In this document: positions 38,193 to 51,150 of the stretch, piece by piece
Layout: each line of letters starts with the position of its first letter
Position numbering within the stretch: the first letter of the stretch is position 1
NCBI GenBank assembly: GCA_036785375.1
Contig: JAWMAR010000203.1
Coordinates: 4,092,001 to 4,156,000 of the forward strand
Direction of reading: 5' to 3'
DNA length: 64,000 nucleotides
Source of the DNA: Leucoraja ocellata
Taxonomy: Eukaryota
The notes under the pieces: model-generated
Told to the model about the DNA's origin: nothing
The model's input: the letters and a program-made list of their open reading frames with translations, nothing else
Databases searched by the model: none
Position numbers and translations under genes: made by a program

Positions 38193-40137
38193 GAAATGAC
38201 TGCTGCATTAAATTTTCCTCAAGTCAATGAAAGAACGCAAAACTGAAGGTAAAAAGCGATGCAGGAAGGAACCGAATGTCCAGAGTTTCGACACTTTTGA
38301 TTATTGCTCCTCAGTTCAACAAGGGATGTTTAACACAGGAATCACATTTCTGCACACAAAAGTTTAAAATGCTGCCTCAGAAAAAGCTTCAAGGCCACAT
38401 TAAGTGACATGTAAAATCGTACCAGTTGTATTGATTTTTGGATAGAAAGTTGCTGGAGCTGTTCTCATGCTTCACGATAAAGCTTGCAGATGGATTATTT
38501 GCTGCAAGATATAAAACTACAGGCTTGCACATCTAGGGTATATGTATCAGGTACAGTTCAATTGTTGAGTCAATTATTGAGTAAATGATGATTGCCGAGA
38601 TATTGATGTTTGAGGATTTGTTGTTGGTAATGGCATTGCGTATCAAGGTTATGTGGTTAATTTCTGCCTTGTAGGAAATTATTGTTACCTTTTCTGTTGT
38701 TTGACATGAGTGTTGCTTTCCACTTTGGTCTATTATCGAGTTATTTTGTTTGTAAGGATTGACTGCATTTTCTCAGGAGTTGCAGTGGAATTGAAAATTC
38801 TGTAACCATCAGTGAAAATCAACCAGATCTTAAGATGGATGAAAGGTCAATATTTGAAATTATTTCAGACCCGTGCATTGTTTTTTCTTATCCTTGATAC
38901 AAATTTACTTTAGTTTTATCAGAATGCCCTAATACCATTCAAATGCTGCCTTTTTGTCTAGAGCTGTCACTGTCGCCTCATTCTGGATCCGAGATATTTA
39001 GACTGAACGTCTTTGGGATCTGCGAGAAATAAATGAAGGACAGTAGGGAACAAGCAACACAACAAGAAATTGATAGAAAACACCGAAATTGGTATATGAT
39101 ACAAAATCTCTTTTTTTATTTGTATGTTGATGGATTGACAGATAGAATTTTATAAATATCTACATTGTAATAAATATCTCCTTTTTTTTAAATTCATGCC
39201 CAGAAGCAGGAGCAAAGAAGTTGCATGATGGTGAATGGACACTGTAAAGAGATGTTGAGAAGCAGTATGGATCAGGAGTGACCAAGAGACAGAAGAAGAA
39301 AGGACTGAACCTCTTGAGGAGCTTCAAAAATTAATGGAAGTTTGCATGGAACAAGAGCCACAACAATAAGCTTCCAAATTACATACAAAATGGTACATAA
39401 TTGTGTAATGTTTTTTTTTTTTAATTATAGGTAAATGCATTTATATATATAATTGTCTTAAGAAGTTTATAAATGTCTACAATAGATGAAATTACCTTTA
39501 CAAGTTTATGAATATCTACATCGTGATAAATATCTTTCACTTTTTTTTACATCATGCAAAGAGATGGGAGCAATCGAGTTGCTGGATGTTCAAGGAACAA
39601 CACAAAGCAACGTTGAGAAGCAGTAATGAGCAGAACGGCACAAGAGACGAGAGGAAGTAGCCAAGATACAGCCAGATCGGTATGTGGTAGTACAATGTTT
39701 ATAGAAGTTTATAAATATCTACAAAAGATAAAATTGTCCTTTTTATTCATATGTTATTGGCTTCATAGAAGGAATGAAGACTCAACAAGAAATAACGTTA
39801 GAAATTCTCCAAAAAAAGGAATTCAAGACAAAAGTAATGAACAGCCGTGACAAGAGAAACGATGTCTCCGCCCCCCCACCCCCCCCCCCCCCCAATATTT
39901 CAAAAAACACTGGCATCTCGCTCATAGAATCAGCCCCAGCCCCAGCCCCTGGTGAACGTTCCATTGTGTGATGTCACAATGTCCAATGCTCAAAGACATT
40001 GTTGCCATAGAGGGAGTACAGAGAAGATTCACCAGACTAATTCCTGGGATGTCAGGACTTTCATATGAATAAAGACTAGATAGACTAGGCTTGTACTTGC
40101 TAGAATTTAGAAGATTGAGGGCAGATCTTATAGAAAC

Positions 40138-40383
40138 TGTTAAACTGAGTTCTGGCAATCTAAAGTCAACTTTAAGTTCTGGCAATCTAAAGTGGCCTTG
40201 GCAATAAACCTAAGCTAGGCAGGTTCAGGTTCAGGCCTCCATGTTTTGATTCATCTTTGCCTGTGTGTATCTGTCTGTTTGCACTTTATTTCAGTTCAGG
40301 AAAACCTTGTTTTTCTTTTGCAAATTACCTAGCTTACATAAAAGTCACTATCCACAGGGTTCTATTTATATAATATTTCCTCA
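40138..40383. mobile_element. Solo LTR (TG...CA, 4-bp TSD AAAC) inserted in a CR1 fragment
   Basis: AAAC|TG...CA|AAAC. The empty site GAAACGTACAA is seen in the duplicate CR1 copy at 42471. Confidence 0.75.
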
Positions 40384-41419
40384 AAACGTACAACATTCTT
40401 AAGGGGTTGGACAGGCTAGATGCAGGAAGGTTGTTCCGGATGTTGAGGAAGACCAGAACAAGGGGTCACAGTTTAAGGATAAGGGGAAATCCTTTAGGAC
40501 AGAGATGAGAAAAACATTTTTCACACAGAGAGTGGTGAATTATCTGCCACAGAAGGTAGTTGAGGTCAGTTCATTGGCTATATTTAAGAGGGAGTTAGAT
40601 GTGGCCCTTGTGGCTAAAGGGATCAGGGGTATGGAGAGAAGGTGTCACACCCCTTCCCCTACCCCTCTGTCCCTCTTCCACCACTCCCCCGTCCTTCCTT
40701 CCACCACTTCTGCTACCCCTCCCTCCCTCCCCACTCTTCCACTTCTCTACTGCCCCTCTTCCTTGCGGCAGCATCTATGGAGCGAATTGAATGGTCAACG
40801 TTTTTGGCCGAAACCCGGAAGAAGGGTTTCGGCCAAAACGTTGCCCTTTTCCTTCAGTCCATAAATGCTGCTGCACCCGCTGAGATTATCCAGCATTTTT
40901 TGTTGTTGTACCAGCCTCTCTCTCTCTCTGCCCTTCTCTCTTCTCTCGACTCATGCACGCCCGCTCCAACCCCTCCCCCCCCATTCACCTCTCTCCCCCA
41001 TCAGCTCTCTACCCCATCCTCTCCTCCCCCTCTTCTCCCCTCCCCCTCTCCCTCTCCACCCACAATATTTTTTGTGGGGGCGGATCCAAAGTGTGTGTGA
41101 CTGTTTGTGGAGGCGGCCACGCGCTCTCCATTCAAGAAGACGCTCATCTGTTTGTGGAGGCGCGTGCTTAGTATGTGACCAAAGATCTTATAGCAGAGCT
41201 CTCCGCTACAAGATCTTTGTGTGTGACGACCACAAGCTCCCCCCCTCCCCCTTTGTTGCAGGAGGCGCGCGCAGCATCTGAACCTCAGCGATTATTCGAA
41301 TTCTTCACTAACCGTCATTCTGACTTTGCTTGTGAAGAGAAAGTCCTGAATTGCATTTGTCTGATGCAGGAAGATTGTTCCCGATGTTGGGGGAAGTCCA
41401 GAACAAGCGGGTCACAGCT

Positions 41420-43235
41420 CCCACCCATCCCTCTCTCCCCTACCCCCTTCCCTCACTACCATCACCCTTCCCCTACCCCTCTGTCCCTCTTTCACCACTC
41501 CCCTACCCCTCCCTCCCCACTCTTCCACTTCTATCCCCTTACCCGACGCCTCTCCTACCCACCCTCTCCTTCCGCTCCCTTCCCTCTCTCCCCCACCCCT
41601 TCCCCTACCCCTCTGTCCTCTTCCACCACTCCCCGTCCCTCTTCTACCACTCCCGCTACCCCTCTACACCTCCCCCCCCACTCTTCCATTCTCTCCCCTC
41701 TCTTCTCCCCTCTCCTCACCTCTCTCCATTCCCTCCCTCCCCCACCCTCTTCCCTCTCTACCACACCCCCTTCCCTCTCTCCCCCCCACCCCATTCCCGC
41801 TATCCCTCTGTCCCTCTTCCATCACTCCCGCTACCCCTCTCCTCCTCCCTCCCCACTCTTCCACTTCGCTCCCCCTTCCCCTCCACTCTCCCTCCCCACT
41901 CTTTCCCCCCCACCCCTCTCCCCAACCCCCTCCCCCACATCTCTCTCCCCATCTCTCACCCCCTACCCCGCTCTCCTTTCCCTCCTAAATCTATCCCGTT
42001 TCATCCTCCTCCCTCCTCTCTTCTCACCCCCCCCCCCCACAAACGCCGTTGGGAGTACAGACCCAACGGGTCTGCCATTTTGTCGTGTTTATGTACACAT
42101 TTTTAATCAAATCCTTCTCCCACCCCCCTCCCAATATTTGAAAATAAACTGGCATCTCACCCATAGAATCAGCCCAGCCCCAGCCCCTGGTGAATGTTCC
42201 ATCGTGTGATGTCACAATGGCCAATGTTCACATATGTCCAATCGGAATGGATGCATTTACATATGCCTTTGCAGGAGCCCCAGCACCTGGTGAACGTTCC
42301 ATCGTGTGATGTCACAATGTCCAATGCTCAAAGACATTCTTGCCATAGAGGGATTACAGAGAAGGTTCACCAGACTAATTCCTGGGATGTCAGGACTTTC
42401 ATATGAAGAAAGACTAGATAGACTCGGCTTGTACTCGCTAGAATTTAGAAGATTGAGGGCAGATCTTATAGAAACGTACAAAATTCTTAAGGGGTTGGAC
42501 AGGCTAGATGCAGGAAGATTGTTCCAGATGTTGGGGGAATTCCATAACAAGGGGTCACAGTTAAAGATAAGGGGAAATCCTTTAGGACAGAGATGAGATA
42601 AACATTTTTCACACAGAGAGTGGTGAATCTCTGGAATTCTCTGCCACAGAAGGTAGTTGAGGCCAGTTCATTGGCTATATTTAAGAGGGAGTTAGATGTG
42701 GCCCTTGTGGCTAAAGGGATCAGGGGTATGGAGAGAAGGCAGGTACAGGATACTGAGTTGGATGATCAGCCATGATCATATTGAATGGTGGTGCAGGCTC
42801 GAAGGTCCGAATGGCCTACTCCTGCACTTAATTTCTATGTTTCCCTCTCCCCACCCCTCTCCCTCTCCACCCATCTCTCTCTCCCCCACCCCCTTCCCTC
42901 TCTACCCCCACCCCCTTCCCCTACCCCTCTGTCCCTCTTTCACCACTCCCCCTACCCCTCTCTCCCCACTCTTCCACTTCTATCCCCTTACCCCACGCCT
43001 CTCCCACCCCCACCCCTCTCTCTTCCCTCCCTTCCCCCTCTCTCCCCCACCCCATCCCCTACCCCTCTGTCCCTCTTCCACCACTCCCCCGTCCCTCTTC
43101 TACCACTCCCGCTACCCCTCCCTCCCTCCCCCACTCTTTCACTTCTCTCCCACTCTTTCACTTCTCTCCCACTCTCTCCTCCCCTCTCTCCTCACCCCTC
43201 TCCCATCCCTCTCTCCCCACCCCCCTTCCCTGCCT
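41420..43235 (+). repeat. Polypyrimidine low-complexity tracts (41420-42040 and 42840-43235)
   Basis: Reiterated CCCCTTCCCCTACCCCTCTGTCCCTCTTCCACCACTCCCC-like units, almost G-free. Confidence 0.9.
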
Positions 43236-43289
43236 TAAATTAACTTAAATAACTCGACACTTGCCGGGCCGCGCCTGCGCAGTTGGGTG

Positions 43290-43705
43290 AGGCCCATCAG
43301 CCGTGTCTTCCTCAAGCCGCGTTGTTGGAATGCATCCAATTTCTTTTTCGTCTTCACGTTGATTTTCCATGTCTCGCTGGCACAGAGGGCTGTAGGGAGG
43401 ACTAAGGACTGGAAGAGCTTGACTTTTAGCATCTTGGATATCCCGCCACTAGACCATATTGGCTGCATACTTCTGATGCAGCTTTCCCAATTCGGGAGTT
43501 GATGTCGACCTCTACATCTCCATCTGCTGTGAACATGCTGCCAAGGTGTGTATATCTTGTGGTGTTTTCCACAGGTTCCCCATTGATTATCAGTTGGTCT
43601 ATTGACAGCTGGTCTCCAGTCTGCATGGTCTTATTCTTCTGGCAGCTGATCTTTAATCCAACCTTTGATGCATAGATACTAATACCATCAGCCACCTTCT
43701 GCCCC
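43290..43705 (-). mobile_element. RTE-clade LINE fragment
   Basis: GLKIS..K...HLGS...DINSRIGKAAS and SLVLPTALCASETW...LDAFQQRGLRK. Confidence 0.8.
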
Positions 43706-43838
43706 AGTCTGAAGAACGGTCGAAACATCACCGATCCATGTTCTCCAGTAATACTGCCTGACCCGCTGTATTTTTCCAACACTTTGTGTCATTCCTTGGT
43801 AAACCAGCTTCTGCATTTTTTTATTTCTACAAATATAA

Positions 43839-46800
43839 AGGAGCATCTATTGATGTATTTGTATCAATCACTGTGCTGGTGAAACCAGTAGCGACCAAGA
43901 ATAGACTGGTTGACAACCAAGAATAGGGTGGTGACGACTGGAGAGACAGTGGACAGCTCGGAAAGACGGCAACCGGGGCGGGGTGGTTGGCAGCCCAAAC
44001 CGTATCCTCTGAGAGGAGGAGACCCAAATCACGCTACAGAAAAAACACATGGAAAAAATACCCCCAGGGGTGCCCAAGAGGGGGTGAGGATGAGCACCTC
44101 AATTGGACGGATCAAAGGTTAACTACAATGGACAACCGACTATGATTATCAAATGCAGATGTGGTAAGGTTTGCAAGAACAGCCGAGGCCTGAAGATTCA
44201 CCAGACCCGGTTGAAGTGTTTGGATGGACAGGGAGTGTCACAACGCACAGGTATTTTACCTGGTGAGACGCAGGAGGAGCCAGGCCCGGAATCACCCCAT
44301 AGAGCCCGAAGCCTCCAAGTGGCGCAACTAGTCCCTCGGAACAGTTCTCCGGAGAAGGTTCGAGTCAGATGGCCTCAGGCCTGCAAGACGGCAGTCTGGC
44401 ATCAGTTCGACGAGTACGTCGACAAGGTGCTAGAAGCAACTGCGAAGGGATACCGAAGGCTGAGGACGATGACAACAATCATCATCAGCCTAGCAGTGGA
44501 AAGGTTTGGAGAAGTGGAGAAGAAGCCGGCCAGAACACCTTTCACCATGAACCAACGGGCAACGAAGATCCACAAGATCTGGCAGGAGCTGAAGTCCCTC
44601 AAGAAGCAGTATGAAGAGGCCAGGGAAGAGCAACGTCCCCCCTTTGGCTGAGTTGAGAACCATCCTGAGGAAGAAGCTGATAACCCTCCGTAGAGCTGAG
44701 TGGCACTGAAGACGCCGGAAGGAAAGAGGCCAGGAAGCGAGGAGCATCATTCATAGCCAACCCCTTCGGCTTCACTAAACAACTACTCGGGCAGAAGCTC
44801 AGTGGGAGTTTGGCTTGCTCTAAGGAGGAGATCGACCGGCACATCCAGACGACCTACAGGGACCCCATCAGGCAGCAGGAGCTGGGCCAGTGCAACATCC
44901 TGATAAAACCACCTCCACCCATCAAGGAGTTTGATAGTAGAGAGCCACTCCTCAAAGAGGTCCAGGACATTGTGAAGAAAGCAAGAGCTGGCCCGAGCGG
45001 AGTCCCCTACAGTGTATACAAGAACTGCCCTTGTTACTGAAACGGCTGTGGAAGATCCTGAAAGTCATCTGGAGGAGAGGGAAAGTGGCGCAGCAGTGGC
45101 GATTCGCTGAAGGAGTCTGGATCCCAAAGGAGGAAGATTACAAGAAGATCGATCAGTTCATAGAAACATAGAAACATAGAAATTAGGTGCAGGAGTAGGA
45201 TATTCGGCCCTTCGAGCCTGCACCGCCATTCAATATGATCATGGCTGATCATCCAACTCAGTATCCCGTACCTGCCTTCTCTCCATACCCTCTGATCCCC
45301 TTGGCCACAAGGGCCACATCTAACTCCCTCTTAAATATAGCCAATGAACTGGCCTCAACTACCCTCTGTGGCAGAGAGTTCCAGAGATTCACCACTCTCT
45401 GTGTGAAAAAGTTCTCCTCATCTCGGTTTCTAAAGGATTTCCCCTTATCCTTAAGCTGTGACCCCTTGTCCTGGACTTCCCCAACATCGGGAACAATCTT
45501 CCTGCATCTAGCCTGTCCAACCCCTTAAGAATTTTGTAAGTTTCTATAAGATCCCCTCTCAATCTCCTAAATTCTAGAGAGTATAAACCAAGTCTATCCA
45601 GTCTTTCTTCATAAGACAGTCCTGACATCCCAGGAATCAGTCTGGTGAACCTTCTCTGGCACTCCCTCTATGCAATAATGTCCTTCCTCAGATTTGGAGA
45701 CCAAAACTGGCACGCAATACTCCAGGTGTGGTCTCACCAAGACCCTGTACAACTGCAGTAGAACCTCCCTGCTCCTATACTCAAATCCTCTTGCTATGAA
45801 AGCCAACATACCATTCGCTTTCTTTACTGCCTGCTGCACCTGCATGCCTACCTTCAATGACTGGTGTACCATCACACCCAGGTCTCGCTGCATCTCCCCC
45901 TTTCCCAATCGGCCACCATTTAGATAATAATCTGCTTTCCCGTTTTTGCCACCATCCACATTATCCACATTATACTGCATCTGCCAAACATTTGCCCACT
46001 CACCCAGCCTATCCAAGTCACCTTGCAGTCTCCTAGCATCCTCCTCACACCTAACACTGCCCCCCAGCTTAGTGTCATCCGCAAACTTGGAGATATTGTC
46101 TTCAATTCCCTCATCCAGATCATTAATATATATTGTAAATAGCTGGGGTCCCAGTACTGCGCCTTGCGGTACCCCACTAGTCACTGCCTGCCATTGTGAA
46201 AAGGACCCGTTTACTCCTACTCTTTGCTTCCTGTCTGCCAGCCAGTTCTCTATCCACATCAATACTGAAACCCCAATGCCATGTGCTTTAAGTTTGTATA
46301 CTAATCTCTTATGTGGGACCTTGTCGAAAGCCTTCTGGAAGTCCAGATACACCACATCCACTGGTTCTCCCCTATCCACACTACTAGTTACATCCTCGAA
46401 AAATTCTATAAGATTCGTCAGACATGATTTACCTTTCGTAAATCCATGCTGACTTTGTCCAATGATTTCACCACTTTCCAAATGTGCTGCTATCCCATCT
46501 TTAATAACTGACTCTAGCAGTTTCCCCACTACCGATGTTAGACTAACTGGTCTGTAATTCCCCGTTTTCTCTCTCCCTCCCTTCTTAAAAAGTGGGGTTA
46601 CGTTTGCTACCCGCCAATCCTCTGGAACTACTCCAGAATCTAAAGAGTTTTGAAAGATTATTACTAATGCATCCACTATTTCTGGAGCTACTTCCTTGAG
46701 TACTCTGGGATGCAGCCTATCTGGCCCTGGGGATTTATCGGCCTTTAATCCATTCAATTTACCCAACACCACTTCCCGACTAACCTGGATTTCACTCAAT

Positions 46801-49800
46801 TCCTCCACCTCCTTTGACCCGCGGGCCCCTGCTATTTCCGGCAGATCATTTATGTCTTCCTTAGTGAAGACGGAACCAAAGTAGTTATTCAATTGGTCCG
46901 CCATATCCTGGTTCCCCATGATCAACTCACCTGTTTCTGACTGCAAGGGACCTACATTTGTTTTAACTAATCTCTTTCTTTTCACATATCTATAAAAACT
47001 TTTGCAGTCAGTTTTTATGTTCCCTGCCAGTTTTCTTTCATAATCCATTTTTCCTTTCCTAATTAAGCCCTTCCTCCTCCTCTGCTGGTCTCTGAATTTC
47101 TCCCAGTCCTCCGGTATGCTGCTTTTTCTGGCTAGTTTGTACGCATCATCCTTTGCTTTGATACTATCCCTGATTTCCCTTGTTATCCATGGATGCACTA
47201 CCTTCCCCGATTTATTCTTTTGCCAAACTGGGATGAACAATTTTTGTAGTTCATCCATGCAGTCTTTAAATGCCTTCCATTGCATATCCACCGTCAACCC
47301 TTTTAGAATTAATTGCCAGTCAATCTTGGCCAATTCACGTCTCATACCCTCAAAGTTACCTTTCTTTAAGTTCAAAACCATTGTTTCTGAATTAACAATG
47401 TCACTCTCCATCCTAATGAAGAACTCAACCATATTATGGTCACTCTTGCCCAAGGGGCCACGCACAACAAGACTACTAACTAACCCTTCCTCATTACTTA
47501 ATACCCAGTCTAAAATAGCCAGCTCTCTCGTTGGTTCCTCTACATGTTGATTTAAATAACTATCCCGCATACATTCCAAGAAATCCTCTTCCTCAGCACC
47601 CCTGCCAATTTGATTCACCCAATCTATATGTTCAGAATCATCTCCTTGCTAAGCGTTGAAGGCAAGATTTTCTTCAGCATAGTGGCGAGGTGGCTGACCA
47701 ACTTACTCGCCAGCAATGGCTACATCGACAGCTCAGTGCAAAAGGGAGGCTTGTCTGGAGTGTCAGGGTGTCTGGAGCACACGGGAGTGGTGTCCCAGCT
47801 CATCAGAGAAGCTAGGGAGAACAAGGGACAGTGCTCTGGCTTGACCTGGCCAACGCCTATGGCTCCATCCCGCACAAGCTGATCCAGACAGTCATGGCCA
47901 AGCATCATGTGCCGGGCCAAGTGGCAGATCTCATCCTGGACTATTACAACCAGTTCAGCATGAGTCTAATCAGGGTCAGTAACATCAGAATGGCACAGAC
48001 TGGAGGATGGGATCATCACAGGCTGTACCATCTCTGTGATCCTTGTTGCCTTGGTGATTAACATGATGGTCAAGTCTGCTGAGCCAGAGTGCCGGGGCCC
48101 TCGTCAGGAATGAGCCAACCACCAATCAGAGCCTTCATGGACGACCTGACTGTCACCACTGAGTCAGTGCCAGGAGGCAGGTGGATCCTGCAGGGGGTTG
48201 GAGAAGCTGATTGGATGGGCAAGGATGAGGTTTAAGCCAGGACAATCAAGGTGACTGGTGCTGAAGAAGGGCAAAGTCATGGACAGGTTCCGCTTCAACA
48301 TCGAAGGGACACCAATCCCAACTGTCTCCGAAAGGCCAGTGAAGAGTCTTGGCAAGGTGTTTAACAGCAGCCTGAAGGATACAGCATCTGTCCAGGCAAC
48401 CTGTCAGGAGCTGGAGAGCTGGTTGAGAGCAGTGGACCAGTTGGGGCTTCCCGGCAAGTTCAAGGCATGGATTTACCAGGATGGTTTCCTGCCAAGGATA
48501 CTCTGGCCACTGCTTGTCTACAAAGTCCCAATATCCATCGTAGAGAGATTGGAGAGGAAAGTCAGCATCTTTCTCAGAAGGTGGCTGGGACTGCCCAGGA
48601 GTCTTAGCAGCATCGCCCTTTACGGAAATAACACCAAGCTCCAGCTGCCCCTGAAGACCCTGGAGGAGGAGTTCAAGGTGACTCAGGCCAGAGAGGTGAT
48701 TCTGTACAGGGACTCCAGCGACCCCAAGGTGGCTCAAGCAGGGGTGGAGGTAAAAACTGGGAGGAAGTGGAGAGCCGGCGAAGCCGTGCTGCAAGCGGAG
48801 TCTCGGATACGCCACAGAGTCCTGGTGGGAGCAGTGACTCGGGGAAGAGCAGGCCTGGGAATCTTCCCATCTCCCCAGTTTGACAAGGCCAAGGGGAAGG
48901 AGAGACGCAGGCTGGTCCAGGAGGAAGTGAGGGCAGTGGTGGAGGAGGAGAGGTCTACCGGAGCAGTTGGATTGAGGCAGCAGGGAGCCTGGACAAGGTG
49001 GGAGCAGGCCATGGATCGAAAAATCACATGGACTGAGCTCTGGCAGGCTGAACCACAGCGCATCAAGTTCCTGGTCCAGGCAGTGTATGATGTCCTGCCC
49101 AGCCCATCGAACCTCTTCATCTGGGGTAAAGCGGAATCTCCAGATTGCCCGCAATGCTCAGGCAAGGGGACGTTGGAACACATCCTGAGCTGTTGCCCAA
49201 AGTCTCTTGGGCAGGGCCGGTACACATGGCGTCACGACCAGGTTCTCAAACCCATTGCAGAAGCCATCAGCATGGGAATCAGGAGCTGCAGACGAGAACG
49301 CCCCACCACCCAGATGATCACCTTCGCGAAGGCCGGAGTGCAGCTGCCAAAAACCACAGCAGCCAGGAATCAGTCAGGAATCCTGGCGACTGCGCAGGAC
49401 TGGCAGCTTTCCGTAGACCTGGTGAAACAGCTGAAGTTCCCACAGCACATTGCCACGACCACCCTGAGGCCAGATATCCTCCTGGTCTCAGAGGCGACTA
49501 AAAACATAGTCTTGTTGGAACTGACAGTGCTGTGGGAGGACCGTCTGGAGGAGTCCCACAAGAGGAAGATGACCAAATATGAAGAACTGGTCCTAGACTG
49601 CCGCAAGCAGGGCTGGAAGGCAAGGTGTATGCCCATCGAGGTTGGCTGCAGAGGTTTTGCAGGGCAATCGCTCTATAAAGCCATGAGTGCACTGGGCATC
49701 AACGGAGTGGCGAGGAGAAGGGCCATCAAGAACACCACAGAGGCAGCGGAGAAGGCATCAAGATGGCTCTGGATCAGGAGAGAAGGTCCATGGGGAGGAG

Positions 49801-49954
49801 CGAATGCCACCTGAACACAAGTCGTGGTCTGATCAACCACGGCTGGGTCGCCTGGGTGAGGGTGTCTGATGTTGAAAGACCCAAAACACCCAATGACCCC
49901 AGGTTACATCACTGATGATATGTTCAGGAGCATCTATCGATGTATTTGTATCAA
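43839..49954 (+). mobile_element. HERO/NeSL-type (R2 group) non-LTR retrotransposon with restriction-like endonuclease; near full-length, frameshifted, interrupted by CR1
   Basis: N-terminal CRCGKVCKNSRGLKIHQ zinc finger. RT motifs FRIISLLSVEGKIF, QKGG, WLDLANAYGSIPH and AFMDD. C-terminal CPQC...EHILSCC, RHDQV and RPDI...LELTV...K..KY (PD-(D/E)xK) in ORF 48258-49814. 29-bp terminal direct repeat. Confidence 0.9.
45161..47629 (-). mobile_element. CR1 LINE, 5'-truncated ORF2 (669-aa open stretch), nested in the HERO-type element
   Basis: Endonuclease end SDH, KSPGPD, NYRPVSLTSV, DFQKAFDKVPH, GVPQG and FADD. (CATAGAAA)n tail. TSD GTTCA at 45156-45160 and 47630-47634. Confidence 0.95.
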
Positions 49955-50559
49955 AAACAACTTATTTTATGGTGCAGTTGCATTATCACAGGTTGTAGTA
50001 GATGGAAGCTGGATGCTGCTGAACGGGAAGAAGCTGCAGGACAGGCCATATCCCTCTAAACCCTCCCTATTCATGTACCTGTCCAATTGTCTTTGAATAG
50101 TTCCTGCCTCAACTACCTCCTCTGGCAGCTCATTCCATAGACCCACCACCCTGTGTGAAAAAAAATGTCCTTCAGATTACAATCAAATTGTGTCCCTCTC
50201 ACCTTAAACCTTTGGTTCTTTGTTCCTCTACCCTGGGTAAAAGAGCGTGCATCTATTCCTCTCATGATTTTAGTTTAGTTTAGAGATACAGCACGGAAAT
50301 AGGCACTTCAGCCGAAGCCAACCAGCAATCCCTGCACTTGAATACTACCCCACACACACTTAGGACAAATTACAATTTTACCAAGCCAATTAACCTACAA
50401 ACCTGCACGTCTTTGGAGTGTGGGAGGAAACCGCAGATCTCAGAGAAAACCCACGCAGGTCACGGGGAGAACGTGCAAACTCCGTACAGACAGTCCCTGT
50501 AGTCGGGATCGAACCCGGGTCTCCGGCGCTGCATTCGCTGTAAGGCAGCAGCTCTACCG

Positions 50560-50759
50560 NNNNNNNNNNNNNNNNNNNNNNNNNNNNNNNNNNNNNNNNN
50601 NNNNNNNNNNNNNNNNNNNNNNNNNNNNNNNNNNNNNNNNNNNNNNNNNNNNNNNNNNNNNNNNNNNNNNNNNNNNNNNNNNNNNNNNNNNNNNNNNNNN
50701 NNNNNNNNNNNNNNNNNNNNNNNNNNNNNNNNNNNNNNNNNNNNNNNNNNNNNNNNNNN
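50560..50759. other. Assembly gap
   Basis: 200 N. Confidence 1.
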
Positions 50760-51150
50760 CACGGAAACAGGCCATCTCGACCCTTCTAGTCCGTGCCGAA
50801 CACATAATCTCCCCTAGTCCCATATACCTGCGCTCAGACCATAACCCTCCATTCCCTTCCCATCCATATAACTATCCAATTTATTTTTAAATGATAAAAA
50901 CGAACCTGCCTCCACCACCTTCACTGGAAGCTCATTCCACACAGCTACCACTCTCTGAGTAAAGAAGTTCCCCCTCATGTTACCCCTAAACTTCAGTCCC
51001 TTAATTCTCATGTCATGTCCCCTTGTTTGAATCTTCCCTACTCTCAGTGGGAAAAGCTTTTCCACGTCAACTCTGTCTATCCCTCTCATCATTTTAAAAA
51101 CCTCTATCAAGTCCCCCCTTAACCTTCTGCGCTCCAAAGAATAAAGCCCC
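50760..51150 (-). mobile_element. CR1 3' fragment (same family as 1-1404)
   Basis: ERRRLRGDLIEVFK...FFTQRVVAVWNELP. Confidence 0.9.

Larger units (their letters stand above)
30812..43290 (+). mobile_element. Decayed Helitron region with internal duplications and embedded CR1 pieces (boundaries approximate)
   Basis: TCTATATATATAAAA-type 5' start at about 30816, RepHel remnants at 34304-38190, recurring GTGAACGTTCCATCGTGTGATGTCACAATG blocks, and a hairpin-like CGTTGGG...CCCAACG near 42047-42068. Confidence 0.6.

Noticed and set aside
41175-43243. Pro/Ser/Leu-rich ORFs of up to 344 aa
   Set aside because: Artefacts of stop-free polypyrimidine low-complexity sequence.
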